Shown: positions 9,487 through 19,145 of the stretch, piece after piece
Numbering within the stretch: position 1 is the first letter of the stretch
How the letters are laid out: every line of letters begins with the position of its first letter
Source: Thermoplasmatota archaeon
GTDB lineage: Archaea > Thermoplasmatota > E2 > DHVEG-1
DNA length: 64,000 bases
Direction of reading: 5' to 3'
Assembly: GCA_016927555.1 (NCBI GenBank)
Contig: JAFGML010000021.1
Span: 9,508-73,507, forward strand
The notes under the pieces: generated by a model
Databases searched by the model: none
What the model saw: the letters and a program-made list of their open reading frames with translations, nothing else
Told to the model about the DNA's origin: nothing
Program-made: the position numbers and the translations under genes

Positions 9487-9572
9487 ACCCCTCCTTTTTT
9501 TTTGAATGAGAGGCACAAATAGGCAGGTTTTAATAGCGACATCAGATTCACCGCAGCGGAGAAACAGGGTCC

Positions 9573-10766
9573 ATGGAACACAGACTGTATCGCTATCGTT
9601 GGGCTATTGTTGCCGCCTATTGGTACTTGATTTTCGCATTTGGAGTGAACTGGTTTGCCTTATCCCCACTGATACATACCTTTGAAACAAACTTCCAGCT
9701 CCCCAGTTGGGAATCGCATCTGATCATTTCTAGTATCGGCATGTTCGTGATTTTTTTCGCCTGGCCTGCAGGGTCACTCATTGATCGAAAAGGACCAAAG
9801 CTGTCTATCTCCATTGGTGGATTGTTCATGGCCATTGGTTTTGGTGCCCGACCATGGCTGCTCACCAGCTTCGAAACCACACTTCTCAGTAGTGTGATTG
9901 CTGGTATTGGCCTCGGCTGGATTCTTGTTGCTATGGGGCCGCAGATGCTGCGGTGGTTTCCTTCGAAAAACGCAGGTCTGCCTGTGGGTATCAGTGCCTC
10001 GGGTCTATTCATCGGGTTTGGTACTGGTTCGCTTCTAATGCAGCTGTTCACCCCTGAGAAAACCACAACGCAGGTGTACAACGGGTTTCTTTCCTTTGGA
10101 CTCCTTGCAGTCACTGCGTTTTTTCTTTGGGTCCTCATCGCACGAGACAGCCCGCCGTCTCCACCTGAAGACCGTCAAACACCACAGACCATGAAATTTT
10201 CCCAGGGAATGAAACAGATTCTGAGTTCAAAGAATGCGTATCTCTACCCGTTCATCGGATTCTTCATCGTTGGTATCACCTTGGTTATCTCCGGGTTTCT
10301 GCATGGGCTGTACCCCTCAACAGAGGGAGGATACATCGCAGGGTTCCTATTGTACGGTTGTGCTTGTGGAGCGTTTCTCGCGCCATTTCTTGCCAAGAAT
10401 TTTGGGTTGAAACGAGTCATGCTTATCGCTGTGGGTGGATCAGTTCTATTCTGGTGTATCTTTTTTGTTTTTATCTATTACATCGCTGTCGTGTGGTTTG
10501 TTATTCTGCTTCTCATGTTTCTATTTGGCGCGTGTTTCCAGGCATCCTGGCCGCTCGCATTGTACAGCCAAGAGACTGAGAAGGGAGTCACCGGAGCTAA
10601 TGTAGGCATTGCAGCAAGCCTCTACATCTCATTGAGTAATGTCGGGGCCGCCGTTCTCCCCGTCCTCTTCCCGATTCTCTTTCCAACGCAGATGGCAACG
10701 TTTCTCGCAGTGTTCGTCGCTATCATCATTTGTATGGTGTTGTGGGGAGTGACAAAAAAGCGATAA
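9573..10766 (+). CDS. MFS-type transporter
   Basis: 397 aa, about 12 predicted TM helices in a 6+6 arrangement with a central hydrophilic loop. Substrate unknown. Confidence 0.65.
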   Translation: MEHRLYRYRWAIVAAYWYLIFAFGVNWFALSPLIHTFETNFQLPSWESHLIISSIGMFVIFFAWPAGSLIDRKGPKLSISIGGLFMAIGFGARPWLLTSFETTLLSSVIAGIGLGWILVAMGPQMLRWFPSKNAGLPVGISASGLFIGFGTGSLLMQLFTPEKTTTQVYNGFLSFGLLAVTAFFLWVLIARDSPPSPPEDRQTPQTMKFSQGMKQILSSKNAYLYPFIGFFIVGITLVISGFLHGLYPSTEGGYIAGFLLYGCACGAFLAPFLAKNFGLKRVMLIAVGGSVLFWCIFFVFIYYIAVVWFVILLLMFLFGACFQASWPLALYSQETEKGVTGANVGIAASLYISLSNVGAAVLPVLFPILFPTQMATFLAVFVAIIICMVLWGVTKKR

Positions 10767-10773
10767 AAAAAAA

Positions 10774-12066
10774 TTAGCGTTCAACAACTCGTTTTGCCTT
10801 TCCCGTGCTCCTTGGTAGTGTCTTTGGTTGCACCGCATGCACAGGAACACGGAGATTGAGGACTCTGAAGATTTCTTTTTCTGCCTTCTGTTCAAAGTCA
10901 TCGAGATGCCCCTGTCGAAAGCGATCTTCGACAGGCTCGGCTTCAACAGAGAGGGAGTACACATCACCCTGTTTGGTTTTTACAATCTGATAGTTATCAC
11001 TCATCCCTGATACTTGCATGAGCGCGGCTTCAATCTGGGAGGGAAAGACAATGACTCCTTTGATTTTCATCATATCATCGCTGCGTCCTTTGATCCGTGA
11101 TTGGATGGGTAACGTCCGTCCGCACTCACAGGTCTCCTCAGAGATACTAGCCAGGTCCTTCGTCCTGAACCGCAAGGCAGGAAATGCTTCTTTCGTCAGT
11201 GTGGTGTACACCAGTTCTCCTTCATTGCCTGGCTCGAGAGTCTCCCCGGTTTTCGGGTCAATGATCTCTGGGTAGAAATGATCTGCGTTGATGTGTAGTT
11301 TTTTGTATTCACACTCAGAGACCACGCCAGGTCCTATGAGCTCAGTGAGCCCGTAGTGCTCATGAGCAGTGATTCCCCAGCGCTTCTCAATACTACTGCG
11401 CATCTCCTCGCTCCAGGCTTCCGCACCAAAGGCACCAAGGCGAAGCTGGAAATCCTCTGCAGGGCGCAGCCCCTTCTCTTCTGCGACCTCAGCGATGTGG
11501 AGGGAGTACGAGGGGGTGCACGCTAGTGCAGTGCTGCCGAAATCCTTCATGATATCAATTTGACGCTCTGTGTTCCCTGAGCTGATTGTGATGACCATGG
11601 CACCAATTTTTTGTGCCCCTTTCTCAAACCCATGCGCACCAGTGAACAGTCCATAGCCGTACGCGTTCTGCACAATGTCAGTCTTCCGAAGACCATTGGC
11701 GAACAAGGACCGCGCCATGACCTCGCCCCAGAGGTCAACATCGTGTGCTGTGTACGGTCCTACCACAGGTTTACCAGTTGTCCCTGAAGAGGCGTGTACC
11801 TCGACGATGTCATCGAGTGGAGTGCAGACCAGCCCAAACGGATAGTACGCTCGTAAATCTTGTTTGGTTAAAAAAGGGATGGTTTCAATATCCTGTAAGG
11901 TTTTAATTGATGCGTGAGTCACTTGTGCTTCTGTCAATTTTTTTCTGTACAACTGGTTTGATTTTGAAACGTACGATACTAATGTCTTTAACCGTTTTAA
12001 TTGGAGATCTTGTAGGTCACGTAATGGCAGAGTCTCATGTTTCCTATCCCAGAATTCCTGTGTCAT
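10774..12066 (-). CDS. paaK: Phenylacetate-CoA ligase family (PaaK / coenzyme F390 synthetase-like) adenylate-forming enzyme
   Basis: The N-terminus (WDRKHETLPLRDLQDLQLKRLK), the SSGTTGKP AMP-binding motif and the 430-aa length are typical of PaaK-like ligases. Confidence 0.8.
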   Translation of the reverse strand: MTQEFWDRKHETLPLRDLQDLQLKRLKTLVSYVSKSNQLYRKKLTEAQVTHASIKTLQDIETIPFLTKQDLRAYYPFGLVCTPLDDIVEVHASSGTTGKPVVGPYTAHDVDLWGEVMARSLFANGLRKTDIVQNAYGYGLFTGAHGFEKGAQKIGAMVITISSGNTERQIDIMKDFGSTALACTPSYSLHIAEVAEEKGLRPAEDFQLRLGAFGAEAWSEEMRSSIEKRWGITAHEHYGLTELIGPGVVSECEYKKLHINADHFYPEIIDPKTGETLEPGNEGELVYTTLTKEAFPALRFRTKDLASISEETCECGRTLPIQSRIKGRSDDMMKIKGVIVFPSQIEAALMQVSGMSDNYQIVKTKQGDVYSLSVEAEPVEDRFRQGHLDDFEQKAEKEIFRVLNLRVPVHAVQPKTLPRSTGKAKRVVER

Positions 12067-12192
12067 AAAAACCCTCTGTCTGGAGAAAGGGAATAAGTGG
12101 AGACTCTATAAGAGTTTCTGAAAAATAAAGAAAGAATTAAATCACGCTACCTGTTTTCCCACCAGTAGTTTGGAATTGGTAGTTAGAGAGAG

Positions 12193-12378
12193 TTGGAGGA
12201 GGCATTGAGACGTATGATCCTTGGTATGGATGTCGGAGTCTTTATCGCGTGGATAGGAACAATACTAGCTGCTGTGCTCTGTATTCTGTATGGAGTATAC
12301 TATCGTTTGAAAAAAGATACAGAGGAAAAACCAGTGAAACCTTCAAAAGAACCTTCGAAACTTACGGAGGAGCCCTAA
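12193..12378 (+). CDS. Small membrane protein, symporter-associated
   Basis: 61 aa with a single TM segment (VGVFIAWIGTILAAVLCILYGVYY). Its stop overlaps the symporter start (TAATG at 12376-12380). Confidence 0.55.
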   Translation: MEEALRRMILGMDVGVFIAWIGTILAAVLCILYGVYYRLKKDTEEKPVKPSKEPSKLTEEP

Positions 12379-13970
12379 TGGATATTGCATTCTTTGTCGT
12401 GACCATGGCATTGTTCGCCGGGGTCTTTATTTTTCTAGGGTACCTTGGGTATAAGAAAACAAAAACAGTAGAAGATTACTTCATCGCAGGCAGAACCATG
12501 GGTGCACTTTTGATAGCATTGTCGTATGGTGCGACGTTCATCAGCGCAGTCGCCCTCATCGGGTTTTCTGGGATTGCGTCTATCTATGGTCATTCCATAC
12601 TCTGGCTTGCGTTTCTCAACATCTTCGTTGGTATCTTCATCGCATTTGTCTTCTATGGCCTCCGGACACGAAAGATGGGCATAGCGTTGAATGCGATGAC
12701 GCTCCCAGAGTTACTCGGCAATCGATTCCATTCAGCAGGGTTACAGAAAGTCTCTGGGTTGATCATCGGAGTGTTCATGGTTGCGTACACCTCTGCAGTG
12801 TTCCTTGCTATTGCGTCGTTATTCCAGGTCACCTTTGGCATCCCCTATTGGGTGTGTGTCGTTATCTTCACTGTCATCGTCGGCATCTATCTCATCGTTG
12901 GTGGGTTGTACGCAGTGATGTGGACGCACATGGTGCAGGGTATTGTGATGCTCGTGGGCATGGTGATGTTAACGATTGGCATCTATGCGATGCTAGGAGG
13001 TATTGGTCCTGCCCATGAGGCAGCTGCTGCACTCACGCCAGAGATGCTGCAAAGCATCGGGAGCCCAGCAGCGACCCAGGCGCCCAATGGTCTGACATCC
13101 ATGCCACCTGTGTTCTCCCAGCCGTTCATGATGGTACTCACCCTGATTTTTGGGGTCGGTATAGGTGTGCTTGCACAACCACAGTTAATCACCCGGTATC
13201 TCACCGCGAAAAATGAGAAAGCACTGCGTCTTGCTGTCCCCTACGGAGGGTTCTTCATCTTGATAATGACGTTCTTTGCGTTTAGCATCGGGCCGCTCTG
13301 CAACGTGTTGATGTATCAAAATGACATCATGTATCCAACGAAGTTAGTCGCAGGAGCAACAGTGGCAAATCCCGATGCCGTGGTGCCAACGATCATTAAT
13401 ACCTTGTTCCCACAGTGGTTCGTCGCTATTTTCCTGTTTGCTATTCTTGCGGCTGCAATGTCCACAGCAGCAGCCCTCTTCCACACTGCTGGAGCATCTA
13501 TTGGAAGAGATGTTTGTGAGACCTCTATGAAAAAGAAATGTGAACCAAAGCGGTCTATTATGATTACCCGCATCGCTACCTTTGCCATTGTGATCGCAAC
13601 ACTCGTGATTGCGCTCAACCCCTTAGATGTGGTCGCGTTCATGACCGCGTTCTTCTTTGGTCTGATGGCGTGTACCTTCCTTGCCCCCTATACACTGATG
13701 TTGTACTGGAAAAAGACAAGTCGGGTGGGCGCGTGGGTTGGCATGCTAGGTGGATTCCTCTTCACTATCTTCTGGTACGTGCTGATTTACTTCAAGACCG
13801 CACCGAGCATCATCGGGTCTTCCATGATTGATAATTACCTGGTCAATATGCTTGACCCGATCTTCATTGGTCTTGCCTTGTCGTTCCTCTTGACCATCCT
13901 GTTTAGTAGCATCGTGAAACAAGATACTACTGAAGAAGCTATAATGAAGAAGACCTTCGAAAGCCTCTGA
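12378..13970 (+). CDS. Sodium:solute symporter (SSS) family transporter
   Basis: Multi-TM protein with an SSS-like layout. ATG 12378 (MDIAFFVV...) is preferred over the track start 12249, which would overlap the upstream small gene. Confidence 0.75.
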   Translation: MDIAFFVVTMALFAGVFIFLGYLGYKKTKTVEDYFIAGRTMGALLIALSYGATFISAVALIGFSGIASIYGHSILWLAFLNIFVGIFIAFVFYGLRTRKMGIALNAMTLPELLGNRFHSAGLQKVSGLIIGVFMVAYTSAVFLAIASLFQVTFGIPYWVCVVIFTVIVGIYLIVGGLYAVMWTHMVQGIVMLVGMVMLTIGIYAMLGGIGPAHEAAAALTPEMLQSIGSPAATQAPNGLTSMPPVFSQPFMMVLTLIFGVGIGVLAQPQLITRYLTAKNEKALRLAVPYGGFFILIMTFFAFSIGPLCNVLMYQNDIMYPTKLVAGATVANPDAVVPTIINTLFPQWFVAIFLFAILAAAMSTAAALFHTAGASIGRDVCETSMKKKCEPKRSIMITRIATFAIVIATLVIALNPLDVVAFMTAFFFGLMACTFLAPYTLMLYWKKTSRVGAWVGMLGGFLFTIFWYVLIYFKTAPSIIGSSMIDNYLVNMLDPIFIGLALSFLLTILFSSIVKQDTTEEAIMKKTFESL

Positions 13971-14008
13971 ATGTAACCAGAGAGTCAAGGTAGTCCTGAA
14001 GGGATGCT

Positions 14009-15160
14009 ATGGATGTACTCATCGTAGGTGCCGGGATGATGGGCCGTGCCATTGCCTATGACCTTGGTCGTTTTTCTCATTTTGATTCTATTACCCTTGG
14101 TGAGTGTGACACTGAAACACGCGACGCAGCTGCAACGTTTCTGAAGAAATCCCACGTTGAAGTGATTCCTCTGAACGTTGAAAAGACAGCAGAGGTGCAA
14201 CAACAGTTTCAGGGTGTTGATGTGGTGGTCTCTGCAGTTCCCTATCGGTACAACGAAAGGCTGACGCAACTCGCTATCGACACCCGGACCCACTTCATTG
14301 ACCTTGGGGGGAACAACACCATTGTTGCGCATCAACGACGGCTCCATGCTCAGGCGGTTCGCAACAAAGTGACCGTCATCCCAGACTCAGGGTTAGCCCC
14401 CGGTCTGGTCTCGATCATCACACGAGATGTAGTCGATCATCTGGATACTGTTGATGTCGTCAACTTACGGGTGGGTGGACTGCCTCGGCATCCACAGCCT
14501 CCGTTGATGTACCAGATTGTGTTCTCACCGTACGGCCTCATCAATGAGTACGTAGAGGATGCCCTGGTGCTTGACAACGGCAAGATCCTGCAGAGGAAAT
14601 CATTGACAGAGCTGGAGTCGCTCCATTTTCCTGAACCCTTTGGGACCATGGAGGCGTTTCTCACCTCAGGTGGATGCTCCACTCTTCCGTACACCTACCA
14701 GAAGACGATTCGTTACCTTGACTATAAGACTGTGCGCTACCCTGGTCACTGTGAGAAAATGAAAGCACTCCTTGATCTCGGATTGGCAGAGACAACACCA
14801 CTGACTGTGAAGGACTGCAGTGTGTCTCCTCGTGATGTGTTTGCCTCACTCTTATGTAAATATGTACCTACCACGGGTGAAGACGTGGTGCTTCTCAAGG
14901 TGCTAAGTCAGGGAACAAAAGCAAGGAAACCTTGCGTTCGAGAGTACCTCCTCATCGATTATTGTGATATGGAGAGGGGTATGACGGCCATGATGCGAAC
15001 GACAGGGTATCCTGTTGCGATTACTGCACAGATGATCGAAGAAGGAAGTATCCAGGAATGCGGAGTGTTTTGTCCAGAAGAGATCATCAACCCCGCAGTG
15101 TTTTTCAAGGAGTTACAGAAGAGAGACATCACCCTCACCATTTCTGAGCGTATGGGGTGA
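14009..15160 (+). CDS. Saccharopine dehydrogenase family oxidoreductase
   Basis: N-terminal Rossmann motif VLIVGAGMMGRAIAYDL. Length and C-terminal domain layout fit the family. Confidence 0.7.
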   Translation: MDVLIVGAGMMGRAIAYDLGRFSHFDSITLGECDTETRDAAATFLKKSHVEVIPLNVEKTAEVQQQFQGVDVVVSAVPYRYNERLTQLAIDTRTHFIDLGGNNTIVAHQRRLHAQAVRNKVTVIPDSGLAPGLVSIITRDVVDHLDTVDVVNLRVGGLPRHPQPPLMYQIVFSPYGLINEYVEDALVLDNGKILQRKSLTELESLHFPEPFGTMEAFLTSGGCSTLPYTYQKTIRYLDYKTVRYPGHCEKMKALLDLGLAETTPLTVKDCSVSPRDVFASLLCKYVPTTGEDVVLLKVLSQGTKARKPCVREYLLIDYCDMERGMTAMMRTTGYPVAITAQMIEEGSIQECGVFCPEEIINPAVFFKELQKRDITLTISERMG

Positions 15161-15163
15161 GCA

Positions 15164-15760
15164 ATGGGCAGCAAAGAGTTCCTTGACGCCAAAGAGCGAG
15201 CATTGAAATCGCTCCAGAAGGCGCTCACCGAGGACAAAGTGGACGCAGGGGTGCGTTCGCTTCTCAAGATACTTAACGACATGGACGGGGTGTACTCCAC
15301 GAGTAGTTGTGCAGGGCGCATCGTGCTGCTTCAGATTCCTCAGCTAGGGGAGAAACGCACAGCGACATTCCTCGGCATCTGGCATCACCAAATCACTGTG
15401 GGGGACCTTGAGGCTGCTGCGTCGTCTGCTACGACAGGGATGCTCTGGTTGCTCGCCCAGGCACCGATCCTACATGTGGGAGTACAGACCCTCGAGCGTG
15501 CAGATCACCTTGTGAAAACCGCGGTGTCCTGTGGCTTCAAAAACTCCTCAGTGAAATCACTAGGGAAGAAGATTACAATTGAGATTTGCAGTACCGAGCG
15601 TCTTGATGCACCAATAGGTGTCGATGGGAGGGTCTTTTGCAACAAGGACCATCTTTCTCTCCTTGTTGAGATTGCAAATGAAGTCATTAGAAGGTCGCAG
15701 AGGAAGCTGCTAGGGTTAGAACGAAAACTAAGAATTTATATAATTTACCAAAAAAACTAA
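15164..15760 (+). CDS. taw3: tRNA wyosine-derivative methyltransferase Taw3 (TYW3 family)
   Basis: TYW3 signature KVDAGVRSLLKILNDMDGVYSTSSCAGRI. Confidence 0.7.
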   Translation: MGSKEFLDAKERALKSLQKALTEDKVDAGVRSLLKILNDMDGVYSTSSCAGRIVLLQIPQLGEKRTATFLGIWHHQITVGDLEAAASSATTGMLWLLAQAPILHVGVQTLERADHLVKTAVSCGFKNSSVKSLGKKITIEICSTERLDAPIGVDGRVFCNKDHLSLLVEIANEVIRRSQRKLLGLERKLRIYIIYQKN

Positions 15761-15809
15761 CAAAACATTTATATATAGTATCGATATATTAGTCTCTGGG
15801 GAAATAAAT

Positions 15810-16157
15810 ATGAACACTAAAAAAATCTTAGCTATCTTTATGTGCATGCTGGTATTGACGCTAATCCCAGTTGCAGCAGGAGCCGCAGTCGAAGAAAAAG
15901 AACCAGAAACAACCGACATTGGTGTAACCTATATACGAGGAATAATCACTAAACCGCAGCTTGTAAACGGTGGCCATGATATTACATTCCGATGTATTTG
16001 GGTTCACTACAATACACGTGGTATCGGTGAGAAACAGTCAGGATTTTTACATCTCTTCCAGAAACTAACCTTAAAGAACGACTTCATTGGGGTTGTTGGA
16101 CTCGGGCCCATGAAACATTTTATCTTCGCTCGATTCCCTGGTCAGCTTGAATTATAA
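15810..16157 (+). CDS. Small secreted protein of unknown function (paralog of 61121-61459)
   Basis: Signal peptide (ILAIFMCMLVLTLIPVAAGAA). Aligns along its whole length with the 112-aa protein at 61121. Confidence 0.6.
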   Translation: MNTKKILAIFMCMLVLTLIPVAAGAAVEEKEPETTDIGVTYIRGIITKPQLVNGGHDITFRCIWVHYNTRGIGEKQSGFLHLFQKLTLKNDFIGVVGLGPMKHFIFARFPGQLEL

Positions 16158-16353
16158 GGAAACAACATTTTTCCTTCTTTTTTTTCTCTTTTTATTAGAT
16201 TGTATGTGGAATATTAATTTAAAAAAAGTTTAAGCAGTAGTACTTCTATTGATAATATTTAAAACTCCATACTTATTTTTCATCCATGAAGTATATTTAA
16301 GGTAGAACCTATAAATTTTAGTATGAAAATTTTTTATTGCAGGATATTCTAAT

Positions 16354-16806
16354 TTGCGTCAAAGTAAGATAAGATATATATTTGTTGCAACAGTAATTAT
16401 TTCAATATTGTTGCCAACTACAGCTACCGCCTACAAACAACAACAATCATCGCCAGTAGATGCTGGAGACGGTTTGGAAGCATTAATTATTGACCATGGG
16501 TTTAATTCAGTCTATTTTATGGTTGGTCTTAGTGATAATGCCTCGAATACTATAGCACATGGAAAGGTGACACTATTATCACTATTTTCCAATGAACCAG
16601 TAGTATTCTCTATAGATTTTTTAGTCACTCCTCATTGAGGTGAAATTCAACAGCTAACAATCCGTTCATATGATCATCTGCAGTATTGTATTTCTCGAAT
16701 TAAAGCAGAATTATATGTTGATGGATACCAGCAAAATTTAACAGCAAACGGATTGAAAATCGGACCGTTCTTCCTCGTCGAGGGTGAATGGAAGCTCAAT
16801 CCATAA
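16354..16806 (+). pseudogene. Secreted-protein ORF interrupted by one in-frame TGA (16636-16638), either a nonsense pseudogene or a readthrough candidate
   Basis: A 94-codon ORF with a signal-like N-terminus ends at TGA. The same frame stays open for 55 more codons, to TAA at 16804-16806, in an AT-rich region. Confidence 0.4.
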
Positions 16807-16915
16807 TAGAGTATTTACTATCTATCTTTCTTTTTTTTTATATCTGGTTTAAGTTACAGTAAATAAATCTTATATTCAATAGGAAAAGTATTATATTCAT
16901 TTTTTTTATTTCAAT

Positions 16916-18040
16916 TCAGAAGGATCCAATGACTCTCGCGACTTCCTTAGCGACCTCAAGGGTGGTATTCGTGCCACCGACATCATAGGTTTTCACCTTG
17001 TTGTCTTGGATGACAGCAGCAATAGCCTGCTCTAGCTGCGTCGCAGAGGTGTGCTCTTCAAGCCACTCTAGCATGAGCTTCACGGTGAGCAGCATCGCCA
17101 TGGGGTTCACCTTGTACATACCAGCGTACTTTGGTGCCGACCCATGGGTTGGTTCAAACACGGCATACGAGTCGCCGATATTGGCGCTGGACGCATACCC
17201 AAGGCCGCCAACGAGCTGCGCGGCAAGATCTGAGATGATATCCCCAAACATGTTCGAGGCAACAAGGACATCGTAGTTCTGCGGGTTTTTCACCAGCCAC
17301 ATGCACATGGCATCGATGTTTGCTTCTTTGAATTCGATGGAAGGATACTCTTGTGCGATGTTCCGTGCTTCCTCAAGGATGAGACCACTGGTCTCTCGAA
17401 GGACATTTGGTTTTTCAACGAGAGTGACTGATTTCCGTTTATGCTTCTGGGCGTATTCAAAGCCTTGTCGAATGATGTTCGCTGATGCCTTTTTCGTATT
17501 GATCCGACAGGAGATAGCCATCTCCTCTAGCGGGGTGTGTTCAAATTTCTTCATTTTTTTATTCGTCATGAGGGCGTCGAAGACGACCTTAGGTACTGGT
17601 CTGAACTCCACGCCAGCGTAGAGATCCTCAGTGTTTTCTCGAAAGACCACTAGATCGATGTCGTCCCGGTAGTTCAACGGGTTCCCTGGGTAGGCCTTGC
17701 AAGGCCTCAGATTAGTATGAAGGTTAAACTCCTGACGAAGACGTACTATCGGACTGGTATAAGTGAAGCCTTTGGCTCGGAGGCGAGGGGCTAGTTCGTT
17801 CTGCGCATCTTTATTTGGTTTTGAGGTAATGGCACCGAACAGACAACAATCTGTTTCTTTGAGCAGAGCAAGTGTCCGATCAGGAAGGGGATTTCCTTCT
17901 TTTTTCCAGAACTCCCAGCCGATGTCACCGTAGGTGTACTCGGCGTCAAGGCCAATGGTGTCAAGGACTACTTTTGCCGCGTCCATGACGTCTTTTCCGA
18001 CGCCATCACCAGGGAGGATAGCGATATGGTATTTGGACAT
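16916..18040 (-). CDS. Isocitrate/isopropylmalate dehydrogenase family protein
   Basis: N-terminus IAILPGDGVGKDV plus family-typical blocks (NLRP, MFGDIISD). Substrate not assignable by eye. Confidence 0.8.
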   Translation of the reverse strand: MSKYHIAILPGDGVGKDVMDAAKVVLDTIGLDAEYTYGDIGWEFWKKEGNPLPDRTLALLKETDCCLFGAITSKPNKDAQNELAPRLRAKGFTYTSPIVRLRQEFNLHTNLRPCKAYPGNPLNYRDDIDLVVFRENTEDLYAGVEFRPVPKVVFDALMTNKKMKKFEHTPLEEMAISCRINTKKASANIIRQGFEYAQKHKRKSVTLVEKPNVLRETSGLILEEARNIAQEYPSIEFKEANIDAMCMWLVKNPQNYDVLVASNMFGDIISDLAAQLVGGLGYASSANIGDSYAVFEPTHGSAPKYAGMYKVNPMAMLLTVKLMLEWLEEHTSATQLEQAIAAVIQDNKVKTYDVGGTNTTLEVAKEVARVIGSF

Positions 18041-18111
18041 GAGGGACTGTAAACCAGAAGCATTTTTTAAGGTTGTTGCCCAGAGAAGTATGGGCGCCAG
18101 GGGGCAGGTAT

Positions 18112-18966
18112 CTACTGTCGGAGTTCCCCAAGAGTGGTGACCCGCTCAGCGAACGCGTTGTGCTTATGGATGGATTCCTCGCTTTCGCTGCGTGCGACGA
18201 CGCACACCTCATCAGGGAGGTCTGTGTAGGTGCTTAAGACACGGGTGAGCATGTCGCGGACAACGTCTTCGACGAACTTGGGTTTCTTATGGGCGGTGAT
18301 GACCAGCTCTGCTTCTTCTTTTCGTTTCAAGATACTGTAGGTGGGGCTGCTAAATGACTGTTCAATGATAGCAATCAGATCATCGGCGTCAACGACTTTG
18401 GTTCCCCGGGGCACCTCAATCATCAAGGTGCCAATATTGCGCTGGTTGTGTGTTGGGGTAGCAGAAGTCTGTTGTGTTGGGTCTAAGGTGCGTACTACCT
18501 CCATGGCACAGGGACAGGCGGTCATGCCGATGACTTGCACGCCAATGAGTTTTCGCAGCTCCCCGTTGTTGTTTGCCCGTGCTTCGGCGACGAGTTTGTA
18601 AGGTTCTGACCCGTTCTTGCCTGAGGGGTAGGTGACATCGAGGAAGTAGTCTGCCTCAGCTTTCACCTCGGAGCAGGTGGCGTACTCATGTTTCTGCAGC
18701 AGGAGCTCAGCGGTCTTCGCACAGAAGGATTCTAGGTCTGTGACTGGTGCTTGGACGGTCGAATCAATAATCTCAGATACCAGTTCGAGGTTTCGTGACA
18801 TGTGGCTGCCTTTCTGATGAGCGGGAAGATCAACAAAGAGATCCATGGTCACGACGAGCGGGATGACAAGTTTCTTATTGGGTCGTTTGACGTGTACTAA
18901 TTTTTTAACACCAGTGACGCCGACTCTTGTGAGTTTAAAATTCGATGAGGCAAGTCGGGATTGCAC
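18112..18966 (-). CDS. mptA: GTP cyclohydrolase MptA (FolE2/GTP cyclohydrolase IV family)
   Basis: FolE2/MptA signature VGVTGVKK...VDLPAHQKGSHMSRN. Length 284 aa. Confidence 0.8.
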   Translation of the reverse strand: MQSRLASSNFKLTRVGVTGVKKLVHVKRPNKKLVIPLVVTMDLFVDLPAHQKGSHMSRNLELVSEIIDSTVQAPVTDLESFCAKTAELLLQKHEYATCSEVKAEADYFLDVTYPSGKNGSEPYKLVAEARANNNGELRKLIGVQVIGMTACPCAMEVVRTLDPTQQTSATPTHNQRNIGTLMIEVPRGTKVVDADDLIAIIEQSFSSPTYSILKRKEEAELVITAHKKPKFVEDVVRDMLTRVLSTYTDLPDEVCVVARSESEESIHKHNAFAERVTTLGELRQ

Positions 18967-19145
18967 ATCTGGTAAATCAAGAGGAGTAATGCGTTGTCAC
19001 CATGAGGATATAGGGTGGTGTGTCAAAAACATATGCCTTCAACCCAGATTTGTAGACACCAAACAACCCTGAGAATGTTCCGAGTGTGTCATAATGCTAA
19101 AATAGTACCTACCTGTTACTTGGTACTAACGGAAAAGAGGGGAAT

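Noticed and set aside
12249-12377. N-terminal extensions offered by the ORF track (for example 12249, 21432, 25009, 29236, 31000, 32425, 33518, 33929, 51078, 57478, 63849)
   Set aside because: Several begin at a GTG or TTG that is itself part of a GGAGGTGA-type SD, or they overlap the upstream gene. An internal ATG about 8 nt after the SD matches family N-termini better.
16636-16638. The in-frame TGA as selenocysteine, or as evidence of genome-wide TGA reassignment
   Set aside because: TGA ends many well-delimited genes here (for example 3770, 5385, 13970, 15160, 22253). I saw no SECIS-like element. A nonsense mutation or local readthrough is more parsimonious.
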